IMG/VR virus record: IMGVR_UViG_3300037423_001547
DNA length: 64,000 nucleotides
From: a virus
Direction: 5' to 3' (one strand)
Part shown: positions 49,649-58,689 of the stretch, piece after piece
Layout: the number at the start of each line of letters is the position of its first letter
How positions within the stretch are numbered: position 1 is the stretch's first letter
Program-made: the position numbers and the translations under genes
The notes under the pieces: generated by a model
Database searches by the model: none
What the model was told of the DNA's origin: nothing
What the model saw: the letters and a program-made list of their open reading frames with translations, nothing else

Positions 49649-51541
49649 TCAGAGGCTCTTGATGATGGCGTTGACCTTCCCGAGGGACACCCCGGTCGCC
49701 TCCGCCGTAGCGCGCTGCGTCGCCCCCGGGTTGGCCGTGAGGAACGCCCGCACCTTGTCTTCGGGGGACGCGCCGAACGCTGGCGTGGCCGTGTCCACGG
49801 CGGCGGCCGGCAGCTCCCGGACCGCGTTGTCGTCCATGGTCCAGGTGCGGATCAGGACGGGACCGTAGCCCTTGAGGAAGCCGTGGCCGCGGAATGCTCG
49901 GTCGTCGGGGATCGACTGGGGTTCGTAGTAGGCGCAGTCGTCCAGTGCGACCTGGGCGTGGGTGCCGTTCGCGACGCGCAGGGAGAAGCGTTGCAGCATG
50001 TTCGGGGCGATCATCTTGTGAATGCCGGGCGCATCACCGCTGGTCACGCCGTACTGGGTCTGCCACCACAGCACCACGCCACGGGACCGGCCGAGCGATG
50101 ACAGCTCGATCAGCTTCTGCAGAAGGTCGTCCTTCCCCTTCTTCAACCCCGCGATCACCGCGAGGATGACCTGACCCTCGTCGATGTTCACGGTGAGCTG
50201 CCGGCCGTCCCATACGGACAGGCCGCGGGCTCGCATCTCGCTCTTTCGGCTGGTCATCACGTCGTGCGCGTACTCGATCGCGTCGACGACCTCGGGCGTG
50301 TCGGTGGCGCAGCGGCAGATCCCGTCCCACACGTTGGCCTCCTCGCCCTTGCCGTCGATCAGGATCAGCTCGCCACGCAGGTGCGCGTGCGCCATCAACG
50401 GGCGTGTCGACCACGACTTGCCAGTACCGGACGCGCCGGTGATCAGGAGCCGCTCGTCGAACCTGATGAGGACTTCCTCACCGGTCTCCGTGTCCGTGCC
50501 GAGGGACACCATCAGGCCTTCCGGCGGCGGCATGACGTCCGCTGTCCACGCTGTCCGGACACCGGTCGCGGCATGGCTGGACACGAACTTGACCAGCAGT
50601 TCGTTCGTGACACGGCCCTCGGAGACGATGAACCGGCCGTCGGCACGCATCGCGGTCTGGATCTTGTCCCAGCCTGTCCGGGCTTCCTTCCTGGACAGCT
50701 TGGACAGGCCGACGGTGGCCTTCCACCCGGACAAGGTCGACGTGACCTCGCAGGTCAGCACCTGCTCGCTGAACACCTGCCAGAACGCTTCACGGAGCGC
50801 ACGTTCCTCACCCGTCGATCCGCCAAGGTAAGGGGCCTGTTCCTGCTGCATGAGGGTCTGCAGCCGGGCCAGGTCGAGGGCGGTCTTCACCTGGGACTGT
50901 GCTGCGATGGCGTCACCGCGGAACGTCTCGGTACGCGTCCGGGCCTGCTTGAGCCGGATGTCTTCCCGCTTCTCTTCGAGGTCAAGGCGGTGCCCGGCAT
51001 TGTTGCGCTCATACATCAGCTTGAAGCCGAGCGCGGCCGCCGTCCCGCCGAGCCACGCGAAGAAGTCGACCCAGCCGCTTCCGGTGGCTGCGGTGGTCCA
51101 GGTGATCCCACCGACCGCGAGGCCGAGGACGACGGAGTTGAAGCCCTGCGGCCACGATCGGTTCATGCCGGCGATCCCGGCGATGGTGCCGATGACGGTG
51201 GCCGTACCGCCGCAGAGGGACGGCCAAAGAGGGCCGTAGGCGTGGACGGCGATGTTCGCGCAGCCGGTGACCAGGGTTGGTACGGCGACAGTCCAGTAGC
51301 TGGTCTTCGCAGTGTCGGACTTCGCCCAGTCGGGGACCTTGCCGGCGTGTTGGGCGGGCTCGGGTGCGGCGTCCTTGACGACCCGTTGAGCGGCCACCAG
51401 CGCAGCCGTGAGGGCTTGGATGTCGAGTTCCCCCACGCGGGGTGCGGCAGGCGCTCCAGCGGCCTCCAGGGGGCTGGCGTGCCCGTCCACGAAGTCATCC
51501 CACGCCGGATCAGGGGCACCCGGGAACGGGTCGACAGCCAT
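49649..51541 (-). CDS. FtsK/SpoIIIE-family DNA translocase (TraB-like)
   Basis: 630 aa. N-terminal TM segments, Walker A ITGASGTGKSWS, a Walker B-like LTVNIDEGQ, and a C-terminal winged-helix tail. GAGGAG RBS. Confidence 0.88.
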   Translation of the reverse strand: MAVDPFPGAPDPAWDDFVDGHASPLEAAGAPAAPRVGELDIQALTAALVAAQRVVKDAAPEPAQHAGKVPDWAKSDTAKTSYWTVAVPTLVTGCANIAVHAYGPLWPSLCGGTATVIGTIAGIAGMNRSWPQGFNSVVLGLAVGGITWTTAATGSGWVDFFAWLGGTAAALGFKLMYERNNAGHRLDLEEKREDIRLKQARTRTETFRGDAIAAQSQVKTALDLARLQTLMQQEQAPYLGGSTGEERALREAFWQVFSEQVLTCEVTSTLSGWKATVGLSKLSRKEARTGWDKIQTAMRADGRFIVSEGRVTNELLVKFVSSHAATGVRTAWTADVMPPPEGLMVSLGTDTETGEEVLIRFDERLLITGASGTGKSWSTRPLMAHAHLRGELILIDGKGEEANVWDGICRCATDTPEVVDAIEYAHDVMTSRKSEMRARGLSVWDGRQLTVNIDEGQVILAVIAGLKKGKDDLLQKLIELSSLGRSRGVVLWWQTQYGVTSGDAPGIHKMIAPNMLQRFSLRVANGTHAQVALDDCAYYEPQSIPDDRAFRGHGFLKGYGPVLIRTWTMDDNAVRELPAAAVDTATPAFGASPEDKVRAFLTANPGATQRATAEATGVSLGKVNAIIKSL

Positions 51542-51612
51542 TGCAGTGTGCTCCTCAGATGGCGGGTGCGGGCGGGCCCGAGACGCGGTAGTCCCGGGCC
51601 GGCAGGGGTGGG

Positions 51613-52557
51613 TTAGCTGTACGGGTTGCCGATCCGCTTGGCGGTGCGGCGGATACTGTCGGCGTTCATGTCCGGGCGGAGCCGTGTGGCTGTCCGGACC
51701 AGGTCGTCGTGACGGACACCGTTGTCCGAGAGTGCCCGGACGAGGGCGGCCGGCCCGGACGCCTTGTCGGCAAGCGCCCGGAGAGCGTCCGAGTATGTGT
51801 CCGTGCCGGTCAGGACGTTGTTCGCGTCTGCTGTCCGGATGCTGCCGGATACCTCATCCGGACTGTCTGGGGACGTGTCCGGGCGGTCTCCGGACAGCAT
51901 GTCCAGGGTGTCCGCCCCGACCTCCGCGACGGTGTCCGAAGGGGCCGGCCGGGCCGCGCTGACGGTGATGCCGAGAGGGGATCGGCGGGACAGCTCGTCC
52001 CGCTTCCGGATCCGCTCCAACCCGACCTGGAAGGTGACGTCGTCCCGCTCCAGGGCGACCTTCCCCTGAGCGCGGATCAGGGCGACCTCCTCGGCAGCCT
52101 CCCGCTCGATCTCCGCCGCGCGCCGCCGGGAGATGTATTCGCTGTCCCGGATGACGGCGTTGATCTCCGCCTCCTGCTCTGCGGTGAGTGCGGTCGGATC
52201 CCGGCGGAGCCTGATGTCACCAACCCATGCGATCTTCGCGACGATCGGGGGGAGGGCGCCGGCGAACGCGGCGGCTGGGGTGATGTGCCAGCCGTGCCAG
52301 GCGAGGAGGGTGCAGGCGACGCCGAGGGTGATCCACTCGACGACCTCGATGATGCGGCCGCCGATGCCCTTGTAGGACAGGTATTGGACTACGCCCCACA
52401 GGCCGTCGACGGAGACGGCGGCGAGGAGTCCCCACGCGCCGGACTGCACCAGGTCGGTGATGGACCATCCGGTCCAGCCGAGGGATACGAGGGTGAACAG
52501 GATGGCGACGGGCGTGAGGGCGGTCGTGCGGGGCGCGGGTGCGTCGGCGGTCTTCAC
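51613..52557 (-). CDS. DUF2637-like polytopic membrane protein with charged C-terminal domain
   Basis: GTG start with a GGAGA RBS. Four N-terminal TM helices are followed by a Glu/Arg/Ala coiled region. This architecture often accompanies FtsK-like Tra genes on actinomycete mobile elements (from memory). Confidence 0.6.
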   Translation of the reverse strand: MKTADAPAPRTTALTPVAILFTLVSLGWTGWSITDLVQSGAWGLLAAVSVDGLWGVVQYLSYKGIGGRIIEVVEWITLGVACTLLAWHGWHITPAAAFAGALPPIVAKIAWVGDIRLRRDPTALTAEQEAEINAVIRDSEYISRRRAAEIEREAAEEVALIRAQGKVALERDDVTFQVGLERIRKRDELSRRSPLGITVSAARPAPSDTVAEVGADTLDMLSGDRPDTSPDSPDEVSGSIRTADANNVLTGTDTYSDALRALADKASGPAALVRALSDNGVRHDDLVRTATRLRPDMNADSIRRTAKRIGNPYS

Positions 52558-52578
52558 GGTCGTCTCCGGGTGGGTGGG

Positions 52579-52818
52579 TCAGTGGATGTGGGGTCGGTGG
52601 GTGAGGGCGTTATGGGCGATCAGGGCGAGGCCGACAACGAGGGCGGTGGCGCCGAGGTGCTGGACGGCGGCCGTGGCGACGCCTTCGACGATGGCGAGGA
52701 GCAGGCCGGTGACGAGTTGGGCGAGGTGGCGGGTGCCGTCGGGGTGCATGGCGGCGAGGATGATCAGGCTGGCGTAGAGCAGGTTGCGGATGAGGTGGTC
52801 GGGGCGGCGGCGTCGCAT
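52579..52818 (-). CDS. small membrane protein (79 aa)
   Basis: ATG 52818 with an AGGAGG RBS and two or three hydrophobic helices. Confidence 0.6.
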   Translation of the reverse strand: MRRRRPDHLIRNLLYASLIILAAMHPDGTRHLAQLVTGLLLAIVEGVATAAVQHLGATALVVGLALIAHNALTHRPHIH

Positions 52819-52897
52819 CGGAGCCTCCTGAGCGGGTCGGGTGGGTGGCTGGCGGTTCTCCTTGGCACCCCCGCGGGTCGGGTGCCGCGGGCAGCCG

Positions 52898-52987
52898 TCA
52901 GTCGTCGGGGTTGTCGGCTTGGCGGCAGCCTTCGCTGCAGTAGGGGTGTCCGCCGGGGGCGCCACAGTTGATGCATTCGTTGTCCAC
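52898..52987 (-). CDS. 29-aa Cys-rich mini-protein
   Basis: Read by hand: VDNECINCGAPGGHPYCSEGCRQADNPDD. GAGGAG lies 9 nt upstream of the GTG. Confidence 0.3.
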   Translation of the reverse strand: MDNECINCGAPGGHPYCSEGCRQADNPDD

Positions 52988-53072
52988 GGGCTACTTCTCC
53001 TCAGGGTTTGGGCCGGGCTGGCGGGACGGGAGGGGACCGGTCTGGCCGCCAGCCCGGCGGCATGGGGTGGGG

Positions 53073-53240
53073 TTAGCGGGTGCGGGCTTCTTGCGCGGCG
53101 AGGGTTTGCCGGACGTCGGCGGCGGCCGCGTAGTCGGCGGCGCACGCCTGGACGGTGGCCGGCTCGGCGAGGATCCGGTTCGGTTGCGGCGCGAGGGACA
53201 CGGGGGTGGGCTCACCTTGGGTTTGGCCGTTACGCTGCAT
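53073..53240 (-). CDS. hypothetical protein (55 aa)
   Basis: Read by hand: MQRNGQTQGEPTPVSLAPQPNRILAEP... AGGAGAG upstream. Confidence 0.35.
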   Translation of the reverse strand: MQRNGQTQGEPTPVSLAPQPNRILAEPATVQACAADYAAAADVRQTLAAQEARTR

Positions 53241-53340
53241 GCGGTCATCTCTCCTGGTAGGCAGGCGGATGGCTGGCCCGACGGGAGGTGCAACTCCCGC
53301 CGGGCCGTTCTGTTGGTGCCGGAATCAAAGTACCGACCTT

Positions 53341-53356
53341 GTTGCCACGTGGCAAC
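53341..53356. promoter_or_regulatory. perfect 16-bp palindrome GTTGCCACGTGGCAAC
   Basis: 50 nt upstream of the plus-strand HTH gene, in a divergent spacer. Confidence 0.55.
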
Positions 53357-53405
53357 TAGGTCAGACAGGATGGTGTCCATGGGCGAGGCCGAAGGAGGGC
53401 CGGAC

Positions 53406-53645
53406 ATGGTGTCGTTCCGCGAACTCGCGCGAAGACTGGTAGCCGATGGGATCGTTGAGACGATCTCGCATCAGCGGTTGTCGAAGATCTCGCGCGACGA
53501 TCCGGACTTCCCGCCCGTGGTGAAGGTCGGCAGTTCGAATGCTGTCGACTATCGGCTTGCCGTGCCGTACTTCCGAAGCCGGGTGACGCGGCCCGGGTGG
53601 CGGACGGACGTGAAGGGCAAGCCGCCGAGAGCAGAGTCGGAGTAG
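53406..53645 (+). CDS. HTH DNA-binding protein (79 aa)
   Basis: ATG 53406 with an AAGGAGG RBS. MVSFRELARRLVADGIVETISHQRLSKISRDDPDFPP is MerR/Xis-like. Confidence 0.6.
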   Translation: MVSFRELARRLVADGIVETISHQRLSKISRDDPDFPPVVKVGSSNAVDYRLAVPYFRSRVTRPGWRTDVKGKPPRAESE

Positions 53646-53664
53646 CCGCGCCCGGACAGACGAG

Positions 53665-53687
53665 AGCCCCGGTCGTCGGCCGGGGCT
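53665..53687. terminator. bidirectional hairpin between convergent genes
   Basis: AGCCCCGG (53665-53672) pairs with CCGGGGCT (53680-53687). Confidence 0.6.
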
Positions 53688-53783
53688 TCGTCGTGCCCGA
53701 GGTGCTGTCCACCGGGCGGGTAGCGGCCGCCCGGCGCGAGCCAGAGTGTGGCGCCGGCGGTTGGGTTCAGGGTAGGCGGGCTG

Positions 53784-54134
53784 TCAAACGGGGCGGTAGA
53801 ACGGAGATGCCTCGCACTCACCCATCGTGCAGACCACCCTCTCGTCGCCCGGAGTGTCTGGGGAGGCGCCGCGGCGGAGGCTCCAGCATCCGCACTCGGG
53901 GCAGGGCTCTTGCGGGCCGGGCTTGGTCGTAGCAAGCCATTCGGCGAACGGCTGGGGCATGGGCCAGCGCTCGCGAGCGGGTTGCGGCCCGTTGGCCATC
54001 CACTCGTTGACGCTGCTGACGATCTGGTCGTCGCTGAGCTGGTCGTTCCAAGGGGTGTGCGGAACGGTGATGGTGTAGCGGGTGCCGTCGTCGTCTTCGC
54101 GGCTGACGATGCGGTGGTCGTCGTGTTCGGTCAT
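53784..54134 (-). CDS. hypothetical protein with C-terminal zinc-ribbon-like motif (116 aa)
   Basis: ATG 54134 with GAGGGAAA upstream. CPECGC...C...C near the C-terminus. Confidence 0.55.
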   Translation of the reverse strand: MTEHDDHRIVSREDDDGTRYTITVPHTPWNDQLSDDQIVSSVNEWMANGPQPARERWPMPQPFAEWLATTKPGPQEPCPECGCWSLRRGASPDTPGDERVVCTMGECEASPFYRPV

Positions 54135-54333
54135 GGCTGGTTTCCCTCTGGTGGCGTGAGGGTTCATGGTGCGCTCGGGTTGGGGGAGGTTCAAGGGTGC
54201 ATACATCTACCGCTTGCCGTCGTGTGGGCGTAGCGTCTGCTTCCCCGCGAAGGGGCGCCCTTCGAGGCACCATGGCCCGCTGGCTGGCGGGGTACCAGCC
54301 GGCGGGCCGCGCCATGCCCGGGTGCCACGACCG

Positions 54334-54465
54334 TCAAGCCGGGTGCGTGCTGCCTTGGTTCATCGGCCAGCGGCGGCCGCAGCGGACGCATTCGTACTGG
54401 CCGCCCTTGATGACCTTGACGGCTCCGGGGCGGCCTTTGCTGCTGCATGGGGCGACGCTGGTCAC
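54334..54465 (-). CDS. 43-aa hypothetical mini-protein
   Basis: GTGA overlap with the nuclease stop. VTSVAPCSSKGRPGAVKVIKGGQYECVRCGRRW... Confidence 0.3.
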   Translation of the reverse strand: MTSVAPCSSKGRPGAVKVIKGGQYECVRCGRRWPMNQGSTHPA

Positions 54466-54827
54466 GGCTGCGGTTCCTTCACATGCTCGGCTGCGCGGGG
54501 CCAGGGGACCGCGTGCCCGGTGGCGAGTAGCTCGGTGTTGAGGCAGGCCCCGTCGGGTGCGGTGATGGTGCCGAGGAGCCGTCCGTATGCGTCGTTGCGG
54601 TCCTTCTGCGTGCGGACGGTGAGTATGCCGTCGGGGCAGTGCTGCCCGAACCAGTCGATGACCCAGGCGAGGGCGGCGCTTCCCTCCACCGTGGAGAGTT
54701 CGGGGGCGTTGAGGCCGGCGGCGCGGATGCGGATGCCGTGCTGCCAGACGTGCATTCCGAGATCCACGTCGAGGATCAGGGTGTCTGCGTCGACCAGGCG
54801 GACGAGGCGGGCGGTGTACTCATACAC
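54462..54827 (-). CDS. staphylococcal-nuclease-like (thermonuclease family) protein
   Basis: GTG start with an AAGGAG RBS. VRLVDADT, IRIRAAGLNAPEL and DRNDAYGRLLG match SNase active-site regions. Confidence 0.8.
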   Translation of the reverse strand: MYEYTARLVRLVDADTLILDVDLGMHVWQHGIRIRAAGLNAPELSTVEGSAALAWVIDWFGQHCPDGILTVRTQKDRNDAYGRLLGTITAPDGACLNTELLATGHAVPWPRAAEHVKEPQP

Positions 54828-55038
54828 GGGGCTGCTCCTTGCGTCGGGCGGCGCGCTGCATGGCGCGCCGGGTTGCGCGGTTCGCGGCGGGCGGGGCGGG
54901 GAGTTCGCGCCAGCCGAAGGGGCTTTCGTCGTCGTCCAGGTCGACGACTTGCTCGCCGAGGCTGACGAGGTGGGTGTTCCAGGTGGCCGGGACGGTTCCG
55001 GCGCGTTCTCCGCGGGGTGTGCTGGATGGCCCGGTCAT
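54820..55038 (-). CDS. hypothetical protein (72 aa)
   Basis: Overlapping start and stop codons link it to both neighbours. Confidence 0.5.
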   Translation of the reverse strand: MTGPSSTPRGERAGTVPATWNTHLVSLGEQVVDLDDDESPFGWRELPAPPAANRATRRAMQRAARRKEQPRV

Positions 55039-55427
55039 GCGTGCTGCTCCTGGTGCTCCTCGGTGACGTGCCGGTCGCGGGCGCGTTCGGCGGACTGCTG
55101 GCTGGTGTGGTCGAGGGAGAGCCAGCCGTCGCAGGTGTCGGCGCCCCAGCAGCGGAACACCCAGGCGGGGTCGCCTCGGTCGGTGCGGTAGGGCTGGACG
55201 ACGAGGCCGGTGGTGACGGCGGGCTGGGGCTGCTCCTGTGCGGCTGCTTGGCGTCGGGTGTCACGCAGGCCGGCGACCAACTCTTCGATGCGGTCGACGG
55301 GGATGCGGACGGGGATGGTGGCGAACTCGCCGCGGGCCCAGATCGTGACGACGGGCTCGTTGCCCCAGTGGGTTTCGGGGGTGGTTTCGATCTCGTGGCC
55401 GTCGGGGTCGGTGTAGTGGAAGGTCAC
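55035..55427 (-). CDS. hypothetical protein (130 aa)
   Basis: GTG start with an AGGAG RBS and balanced composition. Confidence 0.62.
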   Translation of the reverse strand: MTFHYTDPDGHEIETTPETHWGNEPVVTIWARGEFATIPVRIPVDRIEELVAGLRDTRRQAAAQEQPQPAVTTGLVVQPYRTDRGDPAWVFRCWGADTCDGWLSLDHTSQQSAERARDRHVTEEHQEQHA

Positions 55428-55540
55428 GGTGTGGCTCCTGAGGGGCTGTGCGCCTCAGTGGGGCGCGTTGAGGGTGCGGGGTGATGTCGGGGGCTTACGC
55501 GAGCTGTGAGGCCGTCAGGCGCCCGTACAGCCGCCTCCGT

Positions 55541-55566
55541 GGGGCCGCGCTGCTCCACGCGGCCCC
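55541..55566 (-). terminator. hairpin inside the early region
   Basis: GGGGCCGCG (55541-55549) pairs with CGCGGCCCC (55558-55566), 8 nt after the stop at 55574. Confidence 0.6.
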
Positions 55567-55573
55567 GGCAGGC

Positions 55574-55813
55574 TCAGCTCTGGCGGGCCTCGGTCTGGAA
55601 CTCGATGACGATCTCTTCGTCCCGGACGTGGAACCGGAGCGCGTCGTCGGCGATCGTCTGTCCCTCCGTCAGCCCGTGTGCCTCCCGGTAGGCGCGGCAG
55701 GCGGCTGCGCAGGCGGCGTTGATGTCGCCGATGCAGGCACCCCAGGGTTCGGCCGCGGGGATGATCCAGCGGTGCACGGTGCTGGTGACGGTCTCGGTGG
55801 TGTAGGTGGCCAC
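55574..55813 (-). CDS. hypothetical protein (79 aa)
   Basis: GTG 55813 with a GGAGG RBS, 2 nt after the upstream stop. Confidence 0.55.
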   Translation of the reverse strand: MATYTTETVTSTVHRWIIPAAEPWGACIGDINAACAAACRAYREAHGLTEGQTIADDALRFHVRDEEIVIEFQTEARQS

Positions 55814-55815
55814 GG

Positions 55816-56889
55816 TCAGGCCTCCGTGTCGGGCTGGCCGGACCGCGCCACGGCGGCGGGGTCCTCCACGGTGTACGTCGTGGTCGCACGGACGAGGCGG
55901 CGCTGAACGGGCGTGCCGTCCTTCCACTTCGGTCCGATGGCGCTGGCGTGGGCCAGGTGCTTCACGGCGCGGTCGCGGTCGGGGTATCGGGTGCCTGGCA
56001 CCCACTCGTCGGCGACTGGGTCATACAGCTCGGCAGCCCACCTGTGTTCAGCCGGGTGCGCCTCCGTGCCGTCCTGTGTCGGGTCCTGCCGCGCCTCGCG
56101 GGCTGACTCCGGAAGCGGCTGCACAACGACCGTCGTGGTCTGCCGGGCCACCCGGTACTCGAAGTGCGGCATCTCACCTCGATACGCGGCCAACTGACGA
56201 TTCGCTTCGTCGAGGTCTTCCAACGTGAGAATGGGCGATTCCCACCCGCCGTCCTCGGCGCGGCATTCGAGGAAGTACAGGACCGTCTCACGGCGAACAG
56301 CATCCGGCTCGGAGCCCTCCGAGTCCTCGGCGGTCAGAGGACGCAGCTCGTCGGGGTCCTGCGGCTGCGGCTGCTCCCCGGGCTCGGGCTGTTCCTCTGG
56401 CTGCCAGACCGGATGCTCGGCCCGCTTGCTGATCGTCAGCATCTCCAGCAGCCGCTCCGCCATGAAGCGGGCCACGGTCGACGTGAGTTCGATGGGGTAG
56501 GGCGTCGAGTTGTCCAGGGCGTGGGCGAGTTCGTCGACGGTGACGGCGGTCTGCTGGTCGGGCGCGGGCAGCTCGGCCCGGCTCGCGTCGTAGGCGGCGA
56601 GCAGCTCCTCCGGCGTTCCGTAGCCGAGGCCCTGGCAGTACGAGAAGTCCAGCGCATGCAGCAGTTGGGCGCGGACGTCGTCGGTGGCGGGCGCCGGGCC
56701 GGCAGGAGCGGCGGCAACGGTCAGCCTCGGCAGCAGCCAGCGGGCAGCCTTCCGGTAGTCGTCCTGACCGCGCCCGTGCTGAGCGACGGACAACTGCTGC
56801 CAGGTCGGGTGGTCGCCGTCGTGGACGTGGACGTCGGCGGCGCACAGCATGCGCGCCCACACTTCGATGGCGGCGGTCGGGTCGGTCAT
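55816..56889 (-). CDS. hypothetical protein (357 aa)
   Basis: Long ORF with balanced composition and an acidic Pro/Glu linker. No motif recognised. Confidence 0.7.
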   Translation of the reverse strand: MTDPTAAIEVWARMLCAADVHVHDGDHPTWQQLSVAQHGRGQDDYRKAARWLLPRLTVAAAPAGPAPATDDVRAQLLHALDFSYCQGLGYGTPEELLAAYDASRAELPAPDQQTAVTVDELAHALDNSTPYPIELTSTVARFMAERLLEMLTISKRAEHPVWQPEEQPEPGEQPQPQDPDELRPLTAEDSEGSEPDAVRRETVLYFLECRAEDGGWESPILTLEDLDEANRQLAAYRGEMPHFEYRVARQTTTVVVQPLPESAREARQDPTQDGTEAHPAEHRWAAELYDPVADEWVPGTRYPDRDRAVKHLAHASAIGPKWKDGTPVQRRLVRATTTYTVEDPAAVARSGQPDTEA

Positions 56890-57209
56890 CGCTGGTCACT
56901 TCCGTCGGCGAAGAGGATCGGGGTGGCAGGGCAGGCGTCGTCACCGCGCGCCTGCCGGACGGCCTCACGCCCGGCCTCGATGCCTCGCAGGTTGGTCGCT
57001 CGCGGCTCCGGGTAGGCCGGGTTCGGCGCAGCGGTGTCGGCATCGGTGTGGATCGGGTGATCGGCCGGGTAGGCGCACACGCACAGGTTGCTGCGGTAGG
57101 CCTGCGTGTAGGCGTGGGGGTGGGCTCGGGATTCCTCGGCCATGCCGCACTCGCAGTTGCCTGCGTTGCTGTGGCGAGAGCGCTGGTACGGGTGCAAGGT
57201 CACGGTCAC
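56886..57209 (-). CDS. His/Cys-rich hypothetical protein (107 aa)
   Basis: Its stop overlaps the start of the downstream gene (56886-56889). Has CECG and CVC clusters. Confidence 0.55.
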   Translation of the reverse strand: MTVTLHPYQRSRHSNAGNCECGMAEESRAHPHAYTQAYRSNLCVCAYPADHPIHTDADTAAPNPAYPEPRATNLRGIEAGREAVRQARGDDACPATPILFADGSDQR

Positions 57210-57231
57210 TCCTGGTGGCTGGTGCGGGCGG

Positions 57232-57561
57232 TCAGGCGGCAGCGTTGACTGAGTTCACGGCGCATCCGTGGTGTGGCTCGGTGCACCAGTGGCGTCCGGC
57301 CCAGGTGATTCCGCCGGGCTGCAGTGCTCCGAGGGCGATGGCGCCGGCGAGAGCGGTGAGCGCTGCGGCTCGCTCCCGCCGGTCTTCGAAGTTGCCGGGT
57401 GCGGTGAGCCGGTCGGCTCCGGCCGCGAGTTCGTCGGCGTAGTGGACGGCGAGACGCTGCCGGGCCCGGTCGGTCAGGTCGGCGAGCTGGACGAGGTGCA
57501 GGGGGATCAGGCCCTCGATGGCGGTGAGCAGCATCGGCGGGATCCCGGTGCTGGCGGTCAT
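57232..57561 (-). CDS. hypothetical protein (109 aa)
   Basis: ATG 57561 in an ATGA overlap. The longer track ORF upstream is Arg/Pro/His-rich. Confidence 0.58.
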   Translation of the reverse strand: MTASTGIPPMLLTAIEGLIPLHLVQLADLTDRARQRLAVHYADELAAGADRLTAPGNFEDRRERAAALTALAGAIALGALQPGGITWAGRHWCTEPHHGCAVNSVNAAA

Positions 57562-57824
57562 CGGCCGTCTCCGATCTCGTCGAGGGCGGTGCGGATGGCG
57601 TGCTGCTGCTCGCGGTCGGGGTAGCCGAGGCCGGAGAGTTGAGCGGCGGCGATCAGGTCGGCGTGGGTGGGGGTGTCGGGGTCGGTGTGGCCGTGGTCGG
57701 CGAGGATGCGGGCTGCGTCGGCCGGGGTGGCGGTCACGTCGGTCCTTTCGGTCGTGGTGTGGGAGGCTGGGGCCGGCCCGGGCGTGGTAACGACACGCCC
57801 GGGCTCTTGCGTGGGTGCGGTCAT
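57558..57824 (-). CDS. hypothetical protein (88 aa)
   Basis: ATG 57824 in an ATGA overlap. Confidence 0.52.
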   Translation of the reverse strand: MTAPTQEPGRVVTTPGPAPASHTTTERTDVTATPADAARILADHGHTDPDTPTHADLIAAAQLSGLGYPDREQQHAIRTALDEIGDGR

Positions 57825-58105
57825 GCGGCACGCTTGGCGGCCGAAGCTCGACGCGGGCTCCCGCCGGACCGGCCAGTGCGCTTGTCGTAGTCCCGCATGT
57901 AGGGCCGCATGTAGGCCGAGTTCGCGGCCCTCGACTCCTCGCAGGCGGGCAGGTTCCCTGTGCGCTGGTGCCACTGGTAGCCGCGCCGATCTCCCGTGCA
58001 GCAGCTGAGCGTTGCGTGCTCCGGCTCGGGCTCCGGCTCGGGCCGGGCGGTCGGCTTCATCGGGATGGCTCGGAGTTCGGCGAGCGCCCGCTGGATCGGG
58101 TCCAT
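57821..58105 (-). CDS. hypothetical protein with CCTGDRRGYQWHQRTGNLPACEESRAANSAY motif (94 aa)
   Basis: ATG 58105 with GAGGA upstream. The Cys-containing motif resembles one I recall from other actinophage proteins, but I cannot name the family. Confidence 0.5.
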   Translation of the reverse strand: MDPIQRALAELRAIPMKPTARPEPEPEPEHATLSCCTGDRRGYQWHQRTGNLPACEESRAANSAYMRPYMRDYDKRTGRSGGSPRRASAAKRAA

Positions 58106-58106
58106 G

Positions 58107-58292
58107 TCAGTCCTCGCATTCGTGGTCGTGGCCTGCTCCGGCACATTGGCCGCAGTCGAGGCAGGTGTCGCAGTGGGTGCAGTGGCCGCAGGGGCGTCGG
58201 GTGGGCGGGGTGCAGGTGCAGGTGGTGAGGGTGGGTGCGGGGTCGGGCCAGATGGGGAGTTCGATCTGACCGGGGCAGAGAGTGCGGGTCAC
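58107..58292 (-). CDS. Cys-rich small protein (61 aa, 10 Cys)
   Basis: GTG start with a GGAGAG RBS. TCTCTPPTRRPCGHCTHCDTCLDCGQCAGAGHDHECED. Confidence 0.55.
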   Translation of the reverse strand: MTRTLCPGQIELPIWPDPAPTLTTCTCTPPTRRPCGHCTHCDTCLDCGQCAGAGHDHECED

Positions 58293-58326
58293 CTGGTCTC
58301 TCCGTTCGGTGTGTGGTGGCTGCTGG

Positions 58327-58689
58327 TCACGGCCGGGCGGCGGCAGACACGGCGGCGGGGTCCTCGATTGCGCGGCGGACGGCGACGATCCACTCGGGCG
58401 TGGGCAGTTCGAACAGGCGGGCCGCCATGTCCTGCTCGTCGCACAGGGCGGTGACGGCGGTCAGCTGGGCGCGGAGGCGGCGGATCTCGGCGGCCATGGC
58501 GGTTACGTCCTCCGGCGCGTGGACGATGAACTCGCCGTCGGCGGTGTGCCAGTAGCTGGCGAGGTGGTCGCCTTCCGCGTTGTGGATGTCGTTGAAGTCC
58601 TCAGACAGCCGCCACGGCCCCTTGCTGGCGGCGCTGGCGCGGGCTTGGATCGCGTCGAGGTTGAGGGGCTGGCTGGTGGTCATGGGCAT
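58327..58689 (-). CDS. hypothetical protein (120 aa)
   Basis: ATG 58689 with GGAG upstream. The long track ORF to 59385 is an alternative-frame shadow over the methyltransferase gene. Confidence 0.6.
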   Translation of the reverse strand: MPMTTSQPLNLDAIQARASAASKGPWRLSEDFNDIHNAEGDHLASYWHTADGEFIVHAPEDVTAMAAEIRRLRAQLTAVTALCDEQDMAARLFELPTPEWIVAVRRAIEDPAAVSAAARP

